Positions 35,750 through 48,069 of a DNA stretch of 64,000 bases are shown piece after piece (position 1 is the stretch's first letter; every line of letters begins with the position of its first letter). The notes below the pieces were generated by a model. It was not told the origin of the DNA, did not search any database, and saw nothing but the letters and a program-made list of their open reading frames with translations. Source of the DNA: the human T2T-CHM13v2.0 reference genome, Homo sapiens; NCBI RefSeq assembly GCF_009914755.1, contig NC_060947.1. One strand, given 5' to 3'. The translations under genes were made by a program, and so were the position numbers.

Positions 35750-36303
35750 GAGTCATGTTTCAGAGGACAACTTGACCCAGAAAGTAATGTCACTGAAGTG
35801 AGCACAAGTGGGAATTGAAGAAGGGGAGGTGGAACGGAAGAGTTGAGGGGAGGGCTGAGGTGAAGGCTCTAAGATACAGTTTTTCTCAAACAAATGCCAG
35901 TTGAGTCTCAAACTGGTGAAAGGGTGGAATAAAGGTTCACAAGTGGCAACATTGTCATCATAGGCCATTGTGGCCAAGGGAAAGAACTCTGTGATACACA
36001 AGATGCTGAAGAAGTTAATCTGTGCTTCAAGACTCCAGAAAGAGAAGGGCAGCACTGTACTTCAAAAACATTTTACTAGGACTCTGAGCATGGAAAAAGT
36101 GAATAGCAGAAATCTAGGCGAGACAGACATATAAACCGAGACTGATCCCAATGAGAATGACCGTGCCCAAATTCCCTATCGTAATGATAGTATACAAGAG
36201 GATTAACAGCCTGAAGAGAGGGAGTTAAGCTAAAGATAATGGTGAGAGGAATCAGTCATCCCTTGAAGGCACTTTTCTGCTACACTGGGATTTCTCTCCC
36301 ATG
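35750..36303 (-). pseudogene. Olfactory receptor pseudogene fragment (5' half), family 5-like, heavily decayed
   Basis: Minus frames give LLYTIITIGNLGTVILIGISL (TM1), LDFCYS, AQINFFSILCITEFFPLATMAYDDNVATCEPLFH (TM3 MAYDRYVAICxPL) and HFSDI..VKLSSE (HFFCD..LKLSC). TM5-7 not found. Confidence 0.85.
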
Positions 36304-37539
36304 ATTTCCAAAAGGCATCTGGGAGAGAACTCCCAAGTCACAGACTCAGAGATCCAGATAGAAATCTAATTTGAGAGATCTTCTTGTCTTTAGATTGGTG
36401 AGGGTCTCAATTTATGATTGTCAATCCTAATTCTAATGTCTCTGTTCAACCTCAGTGATCTCTTATGGCATAAGAATGTTTTGAACTCCACATTTATTTA
36501 TATTTATGGTTTATTTTTAATTCCTTCTGGGAAGGGCAGGCCATAAAATTATGGGAGATGACAGTGAAATTGAGTGAAGCTGGGAGAAGACTGCAGAGCC
36601 CAGGAGGCTGTAAAGAGACCAGATATACTGCATCCTCACTCTTGCCTTTCTTCCTTGCTGTAACTTCTGTCTTGACATAGATAGCAGGAAAGGGGTCAGA
36701 TCTGGGGCCCAGTCTCGCTGTGGCTTTCATGTAATAATCCAAACCTAAAAGTTAAGGACCCTCAAAACCAAAGTTTCCCAGTTCTAAATCACAGTTCTCA
36801 CTGTGCCATTTCCTTCTCAATAGAATTCAATGTCTCCCCACTCTTACAGGATCAAGTACCAATTTCACAGCCTGACATTCAAGGCTCTCCTTCCACAACC
36901 CTTTCCAAATTATTTCCAGCCTTGACACTTACTGCCCATATTTAGAAACCTAGAGTGGGGATTTCAAGCAGTAAGAATTGTATTCGCTTTGGCTGAGGGA
37001 GTGCAATAATTAAGGCCTGAGGGGTAAGAAACTCCACTATCCTGACTCTGTGTACCTATCCCTGGGGTAAATGTTGGGGAGCAGAGCCTGGTGTGAGAAG
37101 AGAAGAACAGGATTCTAACCAATATTACAATCTTCTGTTGATCAGACTGGGACATTAGGACAATGATGGTGCCACAATGGGTCTGCCTGGTTGTATGCGA
37201 GGTTTTCCTAATCCAAATATTAAGGAAGTTCCAACTTCTTACTCTCTTGAGTCAATTCCAGCCTCTGTGCCTTTATGCGTACCAATTCACTCATCTGTGT
37301 TTTCCTTTTCTTTCCTCTCAGCAGTTCAAGCTTCTCCTCCTTTAAGTTACAGTCAGAATGCTCTCCTTCAGAGGAAGCTTCTCTGCTTGATGCTGTGTCA
37401 GTATCCCTTCTCTCCTTTCATTATTGTTTCTGGAGTTTATTAATGATCATGTTAATTGTATCATGTTAATCATGTATGCTGCTATCATGAATGACTGAAT
37501 TCAGGCCCTTAACTAGATCCCAAGCCTCTTAAGGCAATT

Positions 37540-38760
37540 GTTCATTGCCGTTTTATTCTTCTCTTCATCCAATTCTAGTCTCAAAATTTTATTCTCCCTT
37601 GGCATGCACAACTCCATTTCCTGTAGGAGGATCTACTTCTTTCATTGCCCTTTCTCAGTCTTTTTCTGGCTCCTCTTCTACTCAATCTTCAATTGTTGGG
37701 CTTCTTTTATTCACTCATTTGTACATTAATTTAATTTACAATTGCATTTGTTGTATACCTACTACGTGTCATAACGCAGTCTATGCATGTTGTCCATGAC
37801 TGCTTTCCCTTCCCTTCCCTGCTTTTCCCTTCCAATCCCCTTTTCTCCCCTTTGCTTTTCTCCCCTCTTCTCCCCTCATCTCTTCTCTCTTCTCTATGCT
37901 TCCTAAAACAGACTCAGTATTCTCTTTTAGTTTCAACCAAGAGCTTATCATTTCAAAACTCTTACTTTTACGAAATATTCCTTTTCAACTTCAGTACCAT
38001 TTCTAGCTGTACTGGACTTTCTTTCTTGGATATTATAGAATCATCTCAAGATCAGTGTATCCCAAGCCAAATAGCATCTACCTCCTTCAGCCTGGTCTTC
38101 TTTCTGGATCTCCACTTTCATTAACTGTCAAATGTTTTACCAATCTGACATCATCATTGACTTCCTTATGTTTAACCCATATGTCTAATTGGTTACAAAG
38201 TGTAACTTACTCAGCCTTCCAAAAAGTTCTCACGTTTGTTTATACCCATGCTTGCATATTTCTACTGTTATTGCCTTACTTCTGGCCTTCATTTTCTCTC
38301 ATATGAGCTACTACAATCCCCACTTTAGTGATCTTTCTTCCCAGCTCCCCCCAGTTGATCCTCCACCTGCTTCTAGAGTTATCTTGTTAAGAAGATTTGA
38401 CCATGCCATTCCTCTGCTTTAGAAATGTTTATAATTCTCCACTGTATACAGCACAAAGTCCACCCAATTTGGCATAGCACAGTCAGACCAACAAAATCTG
38501 GGCCCAAATCAATTTTCCAGATGTACTTCCCATCATTCTCTCCATGTGTCTTATACTTCAGCTCCAGTTAAAATACAGTTCTTTACCACATAAGTATGTA
38601 ACATAATGTGAAGACCCCTATTTTAACCCTGACTGCACTGTTTCAAGGTATTTATAAGCATCTTTAGGGCAAGGACTATGTATTATTCATCTTTGTAGCT
38701 CTGGTGCTTACCATAAGTAGATCTCAATAAATATTACATAAACTCATAAAGGAATGATGA
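37540..38760 (+). mobile_element. L2 fragments
   Basis: Pyrimidine-rich L2 body ending ...AGGGCAAGGACTATGTATTATTCATCTTTGTAGCTCTGGTGC...GTAGATCTCAATAAATAT. Confidence 0.6.
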
Positions 38761-39645
38761 CCTGGATTCATAGTTTTATATTCTTACATATTTTTATTGA
38801 CACATAATAGATTTACATACTGAGTTTCAATTTCATTTCTGCCATTCCTTAGCAATGTGACTTTTGTTCAGTTCTAAGCCTTAGTTTCCTCATCTGTAAA
38901 CTGGGCTTAGCAATAATTGCCACCTAGCCCTATAGATTTTGAAGGGAATTTTCATGTTCCTTTTCTGTCTTGTCTTCTCAAGCTTCTCAGGGCCCTACCC
39001 TGACTTTGGCAGACAGTGGCAAAAGGAGTGAGAAGAGGGCTGTGGGGCCAAGCTCCGAGCAGCAGCTGCAGTGGGCCTGCCTCACAGCTGCTGGCCAGGC
39101 TTTTGGGAATTTTGCACTGTTAACCCTTTGGGTCTAGTTCTTGAGAACCCTATGGATTATTCAGCCTTTAACTCAGCTTCTTGTTTTCTGGGTAACAGAC
39201 ACAGATTATTTACCTATGCACCTGCTTCTCCCTTTCTGAGCAATCCTTCTCATGCAGACAAGTAATCAGACACAACATTCTCTCCCATGTCTAAAATTGG
39301 ATGACTTCTTAAACTTTCCCCATCTTGTTGACTCACTTGTCAGTAAGTTCTCCTCTTTCGGGGAATGCAGTGTTCCAGGTATGGCTTGACCTGCAGGACA
39401 AACTGTTAGACTCAAATGTCTATTGTTTTGGACATTCAGAGTCTATTGCTGATAGCTCAACTTGTATAGCTTTATTTAGCAACTGTGTCACACCCTTGCC
39501 TTACATCAGGCTCAGAGTAAGTGAAAAGCCCCAGGGCATTTTCACACCGATTGCTGGCATGACAAACCAACCTCTACATGTGCAGTTGATGTTCTAAACC
39601 TTTAAGCAAGACTAAGAAATTGTTCATTTCCACTCATCATACCAG

Positions 39646-39712
39646 TATGCTGATATTCTTTAGAATGATGATTCTATTATGCTGATATTCTTTAGAATGA
39701 TGATTCTATTAT
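39646..39712. repeat. Perfect 32-bp tandem duplication
   Basis: TATGCTGATATTCTTTAGAATGATGATTCTAT present twice (39646-39677, 39678-39709) plus TAT. Confidence 0.97.
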
Positions 39713-40019
39713 CCACCTTTTCCATTCCCATCCATGTGTTCCTCTCTTTTCATACCCAGCTTTGGGTCATCAGCCCATTTGCTCATTTGTCCTTGTCTTC
39801 ATCAACATAATCTGTATTTCCAAATTTTTTATTGTGGGAAAATACATATAATTTAAAATTTACCATTTTAAACTATACAGTTCAGTGGCATTATCAACAT
39901 TTTATGTTAAAAATTTTCAAACCTATGGAGAAGTGCAATAATGCCCATATACCCTCCACCTAGAGTCACTCTTTATAAACATTTTACCATGTTGCTTTCT
40001 TGCTTTCTCTCCCCTCACC

Positions 40020-40290
40020 TCTCTCTCTATATATATATCTATATATCTATATCTATATCTATCTATATCTATATCTATATCTATATATCTATATATATCT
40101 ATATATCTATATCTATATCTATATATCTATATATATCTATATATATCTACATATCTATATATATCTATATATATATCTATATATCTATATATATCTATAT
40201 ATATATATCTATATATATCTATATCTATATATCTATATATAGAGATATATAGATATATATATATAGAGAGAGAGAGATAATATATATATA
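40020..40290. repeat. Complex (TA)n/(TATATC)n microsatellite with inverted ends
   Basis: (CT)n(AT)n...(ATATCT)n...(AGATAT)n(AT)n(AG)n directly visible. Confidence 0.97.
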
Positions 40291-40703
40291 TTCCTATTTA
40301 CTGGAGGTGTGACATTTAAAAATATACTATGGCTCTTGTATACACCAATGGATTCTAGGAAGGAGACATGAAATCACACTTAGCAGTATCCAAGTGAGTG
40401 GAGCAAGGGAAACAACAAAAAAAATACCAGTGGTAAGTGGTTAGTGTTTATTGGTTATCAATCTATTAGAAAGTTTTTATTGAGTACCTACTATAGTTAT
40501 AAGCCCAACACTGAAAAATTATGAAATATAGTCCGAGTCTTTATGAAGCTAATGATGTGTTTGGGGAAGGTAACAATTGATTTTTTTTAACATGTCACCA
40601 CCTTTTTGTCTGCTTACTTCTAGCCTTGCCCTTTCTGGAACTTCAATGCATCATTCATAGTATCATCAAAGTTATCTGTTGAAAACTCTACACTCATTTT
40701 CTT

Positions 40704-41004
40704 TTTCTTTTCCTTTTTTTTTTCTTTGAGATGGAGTCTTACTCTGTCGCACAGGCTGGAGTGCGGTGTCGCATTCTTGGCTCATTACAAACTCCGCCTA
40801 CTGAGTTCAAGCAATCCTCCCACCTCAGCCTCCCAAGTAGCTGGGAGTCCAGGCGCACATTACCACGCCCGACTAATTTTTGTACTTTTAGTAGAGACGG
40901 GGTTTCACCATGTTGACCAGGCTGGTCTCGAATTCCTGACCTCAGGTGATCCACCCGCCTTGGCCTCCCAAGGTGCTGGGATTACAGGCGTGAGCCACAG
41001 CGCC
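40704..41004 (-). mobile_element. Alu (AluS-like), near full length
   Basis: T tail, then GAGATGGAGTCTTACTCTGTCGC...GGATTACAGGCGTGAGCCAC; TSD CTCATTTTCTT at 40693-40703 and 41004-41014. Confidence 0.97.
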
Positions 41005-41009
41005 TCATT

Positions 41010-41180
41010 TTCTTAACCCTGGATTCACCTTAAGAATGCCATAGGACAATTTTAAAAAGCCAAAATATTTGCTTTAACACAGATTGGTTATGTAAGAGTC
41101 TCATGGGTAGGCCCTGAACATCATATTTCTGAGGATCCCCAGGTAATTCTTATGCATGGTGAGGGTTGACAGCCACTGCC
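41010..41180. mobile_element. MER5-type DNA transposon fossil
   Basis: TTCTTAACCCTGGATTCACCTTAAGAAT...CCCCAGGTAATTCTTATGCATGGTGAGGGTTGACAGCCACTG. Confidence 0.55.
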
Positions 41181-41269
41181 GTGGACTGATTAAGCCTCTC
41201 TCTTTTTTGAAACGCTTACTGTCTTGTCATTCCCTATATCCACACCCATTAGCATAGCTACAGTGACTT

Positions 41270-41690
41270 CCATAAAACTGGCCTGGACTTCATCTCCTAA
41301 CACTCCTTCCATAACTCTTCATAATCTTGCTACACCCAGTGCTGCTTCACAACTTTGTACCTTTTCATACCTTGTATCTTCTGTATGGAATATCCTTATC
41401 TTCCTTATCTGCCTATCAAAATATTATACATCCTTTAAAATTTGAATGACATCTCCTTCAGGAAGTTTTCCTGAACTTACTGTTTCCTTAGCTTGTAAAC
41501 ACTTTTATTATTATCCTTATCACACAAAATGAATCATAAACATCTGTTTATGCATCTCTCCCCTACTCAACTGTGAAGTCTGAGGGCTGGGAATGTACAT
41601 TATTTACCTCTGTATCCCCAAAACTTAGCCAACAGAACTGGCAAACAGTAGGTGCCCAATACATATTTGTGGACTAAGTAGATTAATGAA
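41270..41690 (+). mobile_element. L2 3' fragment
   Basis: ...CTGTGAAGTCTGAGGGCTGGGAATG...TCTGTATCCCC...AGTAGGTGCCCAATACATATTTGTGGA. Confidence 0.7.
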
Positions 41691-43284
41691 TTTTTAAAAA
41701 ATGTTTTAGCATCTCTAAGACAAAAAAATGTGCAAGAAGGAACAAGGCAGATTCAAAAGAAGAGGTCTGTCAGTTGAATACTCGGTGAGATATCTGTCCT
41801 TGGAAAGAAGGGATTTTGTCTGGAGAAAACTAGGCTGTGCTAAGAAGAATAACTAATTCTATACAGACAGGCAGCCAAGAACAGGCTGTGGCCAAAGTGT
41901 TGATGGATGACAGCTGGAAGTATGGCTTGTGAACCAACTAAAAACGACACATCAATCTGAGCTGCAAATAAATCATTGGGACTCCAAAGGCTTTTGTTCA
42001 CTTTAAAATCTCACTCTACATGAACATTTAATAAGAACACTTCAAATTGTTATAGCACTTTACTACTTTACACTTTACACATTCACATACATAATCCCCT
42101 GTAAACTTCCCAACACCTGTTACAAGAACAACATTATCAACCCAATTTTAGGATAGAAAGCTGAGGCTCTAAAAATTTCATTAATTAACCCAAGGTCACA
42201 CAGATGATAAGTGGTAGAGGCAGAGCATGAATAGATTTTGAGATAAGAAAAGGAGAAGGAATAAGAAAGCCACAAAAAAAGTGAGCAAAAATAAAGAAAA
42301 AAATCTACAATATGCACATTATGTTTCATTCTGGGCTTTATTAACTACAAGTTTTTGTTGTTCTTTTCTCAATAATAGTAAAGGGGTTGGATCAGAGAAG
42401 GGGGCACTCCTAGGTTAAGAGTTGTTCATCTATAATGTATGAGGTATGGTGCAAGTCACTTTACATTTAGTATCTATAATAGCCCTATACGGTAGATGAT
42501 GTTATCCACACTTTCAACATGTAGAAATTGAGATGCAGAAGATTTAATCAATTTGCCTAAAGGTCTGTAAGAGTTGGAAAAAAATTTGCACCCGTTTGAC
42601 TCTAAAACCAGTGTTATTTGTATAACATCATATGCTTAATTCCTGTGTTGTGTTAGTTACATGTAAGAAAAATGTTGTAATGAAAGTATTATTTAGAATG
42701 TCTAATATATTTTTATGAAAATAAGACAGAAAGAGAAAGAAAAAAACGGTGTTTGAATAAGGTTGAAGTAATCATGAAAGTCAACTTGGAAGAAAAGTGA
42801 GACTTGACTTGAGTCTTAAGAGATGGGTAAAATTTGAAGCACCAACTAGGCAAGGGAGGGCATTCTAGAAAGGGATAAGAACATGGAGAAAGGCACTGAG
42901 GAGAGTGGCATCTGCTGGAAAGTCAGAAAAGAACCCAAGAACTGTGGGTGTGGGAGTTTGCTACCATCGAAGAAGTGCAAAATGTCCTAAACTTCACTGT
43001 TGGAGGGATATATTCTTCCCCCTAAGATTTTCGGGTTGGAGGAAGTTACATTCTTGGATGCGAACATCAACTGAGGGCCTTTCTGGTACAAGGAAATTGA
43101 ATTGCTGATTGCTGGGATGTGTTATGAAAGGGAGCAAGCCACCAGTTATCATCAGCTCCCTGCGGGGCCCCACTGTCGCAACAGTGATAACTGGGAAATA
43201 GATCTTGAGATAAGAACAAGAGAAGAAATCAGAGATGAGTTCAGCAAGCTTAAAAAAAAGACCCCAAGTAGGTATCTTTTATAG

Positions 43285-44530
43285 ATTAGGTTTTTTATTG
43301 AAAAAGTAATACATGCAATTCATACAGAAAGCTTCAGAGTACAAAAGGATATAAAAAAGCCAGTCTACTTCTGCACATACAAACATATGTACATATATGC
43401 ATCTTTCCTTATTAAAAAAGGGCATTCACCTGCACACCATTGTGAGTCTTTTAAAAATTTCAACAAATTAAATTGGGAAATAATTTTATTTCCACACATG
43501 TGGATCAGTTTTATTTTTTAATTGACAATATTATTTCAATATATGAATATGCACTAAATTTTTTATCCTATCTCTTATAATAGACATTTGCCTTAGTCCC
43601 ATTTTTCATTAACACAAATAATACTGCAATGGACACCCTTATACTTGTATACATTTGCATACTGTGCAAGTATTTTCATAATATACATTTCTAGAATGGG
43701 AATTACTTAGTCAAGGATAAATACATTTTTCATATTAAAAGATACTGCAAAATCGTGCCCTCCAAAGACGTTGCACCAATTTATAATCTCATCTACAAGT
43801 TATGAAATGCCCATCTCTCTATCCCCATCAATACTACACATTATCTAGCTTTTAATCTTTTTCAATATAATGAAGGGAAATGATGTTTCATTATTGCTTT
43901 AACTTGCATTGCCTTAATCATCAGTGAGGTTAAGCCTCTTTTTCTGTGTGTTTATTAACTTGTATGGCTGTTTTTCAGTGAAATGTCCATTTATAGCCTT
44001 TACTCATTTTTCTATTCATGATTTTGCTTTTTTTCTATTGATTTGCAAGAGATTTTTACATATTAAATAACTTAGTCCACCCTGAGTGAGATAAATTGAA
44101 GATGTTCCCCTAAATTGCTTTTTGACTGCATTTATTATATTTTCTACATGAAAAAAGTTTTGAAAATTATATGTAGCTAGATTTATGAAATTTTTCTTTT
44201 TACTTCCTGGATTTTGCATCTTCCTTAGAAAAATCATTTTCACTTCAAGACTACATATAATTATTCCATGCTTTCTCTTGGTGTCTTTACAATTGCATTT
44301 TCCATTTGACTCCTTTATATTTCTAGAACTTATTTTGGGGTAAAGAATTGGGTAATCTCTATTCTGTGGTGTTAATTTATCTACTCACATACTAGAACCA
44401 AACTGTTTTAATCAGTATAGATTTATAATACCTTTTAATACGTGGTGGGTAAAGTTTCTCCCAACACACTCCTTCCCACCTCCCACCACTGACTTTTCGT
44501 TTTCAAAATGGTCCTGGCTAGTTTCACACT
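43285..44530 (-). mobile_element. Old L1 (L1ME-like) 3' fragment
   Basis: TTTCTAGAATGGGAATTACTTAGTCAAAGG...TTGCACCAATTTATA...TTTAACTTGCATTGCCTTAATCATCAGTGAGGTT. Confidence 0.7.
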
Positions 44531-44777
44531 AAATTATGTATATATATATATATATAACATAATACATAATTATATATACGATAGAGGACACATTGATAAC
44601 CAAAGTGATAGATGGCTGTGGTCTCAAGAGTGAGAGATGCTCCAGAACCTCCATTCTGAGAGGCACGCGCGCGTGCACACACACACACATACACACCACA
44701 AAACATACAAATAATGTATTTGAAAAATATAATAGTTTAGAGGTGAAGTCCTGGGAATACCCACAATGGATCAAGAA

Positions 44778-44961
44778 TAGGGTTGCCAGATTTAGCAAAT
44801 AAAAATACAGGATGTCTAGTTAAATGTGAATTTCAGATAAATAATTTTGGGGGTATAAGTATGTCTCAATTATTGCAGGGGGCATGCTTATGTAAAGACT
44901 ATTTGTTGTTTATCTGAAATTTATGTTTTACTGGGTGTCCTCTGTTGTATAGGCAACCCTA
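44778..44961. mobile_element. MER53 palindromic hAT MITE
   Basis: Terminal inverted repeats TAGGGTTGCC...GGCAACCCTA; internal AGATTTAGCAAATAAAAATACAGGATG...GAATTTCAGATAAA matched by TTTATCTGAAATT. Confidence 0.88.
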
Positions 44962-45579
44962 ACCAAGGGGAAAATGAAGAGTAGCTTAAAAGTACAAAGG
45001 AAAATTGTGTGCAATGATGAATTAACACATTATGGTCAGTGGGAAGCCCTTAATACAGGCACTTAGACATTGGCTTGAACAGAGAAATTACAATTCTGGG
45101 GTGTGAATTAAATAAGCTTGTTTTGTCTTCCCAGCTTTGGTTTGAAAAATGAAACCTCTTAAATAAAATGCAAGAGGCTCAATTGATTTGAAGGCTTTTT
45201 GGCTTTCTGGCTCCAGTTTAAAAGAAAAATCAGTTTAATAGAAATTGGAAATTAAGATTCTGTTTTATTTGTGCCATACTATGAAGACTTTTGATATATA
45301 GATTTTCTTTTTCAGATTAGTGTTTCAAGTTTAAATTATTGGGAAACTTCCCAAATTGATTTTTTCATTTGGGGTTGGTGGGGAAATGTCATTCTTATTA
45401 ATCACTTTAGATAATAAGTCAAGTAGAATCCCTTATGATTTATTGTCTTTTATTTTTAAGTGACCAAGTGATTTGGATCTGAAATTAAAGACATTCTCTA
45501 ATTCATGAATATTTGCTTACCTAATTCTTTCCTAAAAATTAACTTGACTTTTGGAGCAAGCTCCTGTGCTTGCTCCTGT

Positions 45580-45795
45580 GGCATATTAAGAAAAGCTTTG
45601 GCTCTGGAGTTAGAAAATCTGGATTCAAGTCCCAGATCTTTGTAGCTCCGTGCTGTAAATGTGTGGCAAGTGGCTCAATGTCTTTGACTCCTAGCTAGTT
45701 CATCTATAAAATGGGCGTAGTAATTCTTACTTCACAGGGTTGTTGTGAGAATTAAATGAGATATACAGGTAAAGTGCATGGCACTTTACAGGTAT
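45580..45795 (+). mobile_element. MIR SINE
   Basis: GGCTCTGGAGTTAGAAAATCTGGATTCAAGTCCCAG...CATCTATAAAATGGG...CAGGGTTGTTGTGAGAATTAAATGAGAT. Confidence 0.85.
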
Positions 45796-47479
45796 TTAAT
45801 TATTATCAATTTTTTTGTAGATACTTACATATTGAAAAGTATATATATTTGCAAAATCATTTTCATTGATGCTTTTCTAGAGGGTGAAATTTTGTGTGCA
45901 TTTGAGTTCTTTTTAAAGGCTGATGAGTTCTCTATTTCTATGAATATGGGAGAATGCTAGATAAATATAATATTGATATAATGTTGGTATGCTCAGTATG
46001 AAACAAAAGAACCCAAAATATACAACATGTATCAATGGGGTTCCTTATGGAAATTTACTGAATTGTAATAATAATGTTTGCCTTTCTGTTGGAAAGAATA
46101 AGATGCAAATAAAGTCCTTTTAACTGCCTATGGGCGGGATAAGCACCAGCTAGTCTTGGAGGGGTTGAGTCTTACGACTATTCTATGGTGCACCCTTTGA
46201 AATAAGCCTGTTCTTGGCCACATCAATTCACAGATGGAGGGTGTATGGTTTCTGCTATTTTTTTCCACTGGAAATTTGTCAAGGATTTGTTATATGCTGC
46301 GGAATGGTTAGATGTGGGAAAAAAAGCCCAAGCACCATGGCTGGCCCCAGGATTTTGGGACAGGTGTTGATAATCTGTAAGAGTAGGAAGGCTGCTGATG
46401 AGAGTGCGTGATATCCAAGAAACAACCAGAAAAAGGCAACTAGAGACAGGAGTTTGAATGTTCCATAGATCATCCCTTGTCCTTTTCTCCTTTATGGGCT
46501 CTCCTCACAATAATTGGTAGGAAGTTAGAAGACCTGGGTTCTAGTCATTAATTGTCTGTGAGTTCTGGAGCAAGTCATTTCAGTTTGCTGGACCTCATTT
46601 TTCTGATCTGTCCAACTGAGTTTGGGGGGAGGAGATGCCTCAAATATCTCCAAGCCTGGTGTGAGAATCAAATGTGAGAACAGACTTGAGTGTTCTTTGA
46701 AAAAGCACGCAGTGCTGTATGCAAATGCAAGTGTAGAGATTATTATTTATCATCATTTACAGTGAAAGCAAGGATAATGTGATAAGGACAAGCAATCGTT
46801 CTCTCTGGTTTAGATAGAGGAGAGTGGGAATGGCCTTAGGAAGCATCCAAACCTGGAATTTCTCAGGAGACTGAGAAAACAGCAAACTCCTCCTTCAACA
46901 TCTCTTCTTCTCCCACTTTTATCCGGTCAGTTTCATGGCCCAGACCCAGTCAAGAACTCTTCTTCTCTGCTAGTGTTTCTCATAAGGGTATAGTTGTCTG
47001 CATACCAATAGCTGGATAAACACTAAAGCTCTGTTGAGAGGAAACGTGAGGGAAGTTTAAAACCATGAATAATATGGAGAAGATGAATATTAACTTTTAC
47101 ATTTAATTTAAAAGTAAAACTCTACTTCACAATTAAAAGAGAAATCTTAGGAGGAAACTTAGGATCCATGAAAGGAAAGTCGTGTCATCAGTCAAATGAA
47201 AAGCTTGGACCATCAGATTATTTTTAAAGGTCCCTTCCAGCTTTGACATTTTAACTGAGAGTTCTTGTGACAAAATCTCAGCTACCTTTCCAATACAATG
47301 TCCCTACTACTCCCAGCCTCTCGGTGTAAGCTAATTTTTCTGCCTTTCCTTCCTAGCCTGTCTCAGTTGCTCTTGGCACTACCTTCAAATGCAAACTCTA
47401 TCCCCTTCTCCTTCACCTAGATAAAGCCTATCGAGCCTCCTTTGACACTGAGTTACCAATGATGAAAGGGGTAATTATT

Positions 47480-47910
47480 GACACAGCAATATGCTAGGTG
47501 TTTTATGTAATTTTTAACCCTCACATAAGCCTTTTGAAATGAACTTTAGTCTTCCCTGTTTATAGGAAACTGAAGCTCATAAAGTTTAAGTAACTTGCTG
47601 AAGATCACACAGCTAGTGCCAAAGTTAGGATTTGAATTAAAATCTGTCAGACTCCAGAGTTGGGCTGTCAAGTTCAAGACTCACCTCACCCAGCCCCAAA
47701 GACCTTCACTCTCCTCAGACAACTTCCAAGTCTTCAAACCAAGCCCTGCATTTAATGCTATCATGTCGTAGACTTACTTGATTTCATATCTTCTTTTCCC
47801 AATTCATTTTTTGGTTCCTCACGAGAAAGGACCATAGCAAATTCAACTCTCTATACTCAGTGGTTAGTTCTCTGACTTGCACACAGTAGGAGCTTAATAA
47901 ATATTTGTTG
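47480..47910. mobile_element. MIR (antisense) followed by L2 3' end (sense)
   Basis: GGAAACTGAAGCTCATAAAGTTTAAGTAACTTGCTGAAGATCACACAGCTAG; ...GCACACAGTAGGAGCTTAATAAATATTTGTTGATGA. Confidence 0.75.
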
Positions 47911-48029
47911 ATGAGTAGACATCACATTAATTTGCTGTTCAAAACCTGTGTTTGAGTATTAAATATGTTTTACCAGCGGAAGAAAACCATAGCTAAGGTA
48001 ATTTGTGAGCCGAAGCCATTGTTACTTCT

Positions 48030-48069
48030 GTTGCTAAGGGAAGTCAGTTACCCTGGGATACTAATTAAC
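48030..48069. promoter_or_regulatory. Candidate regulatory module: tandem RFX X-box-like sites overlapping O/E, plus homeodomain site
   Basis: GTTGCTAAGGGAAG, GTTACCCTGGGATAC and CTAATTAAC within 40 bp of apparently repeat-free sequence; motif match only. Confidence 0.35.

Noticed and set aside
39941-40252. ORFs of 103 and 80 aa rich in Y/I/S
   Set aside because: Translations of the TA/TATATC microsatellite, not genes.
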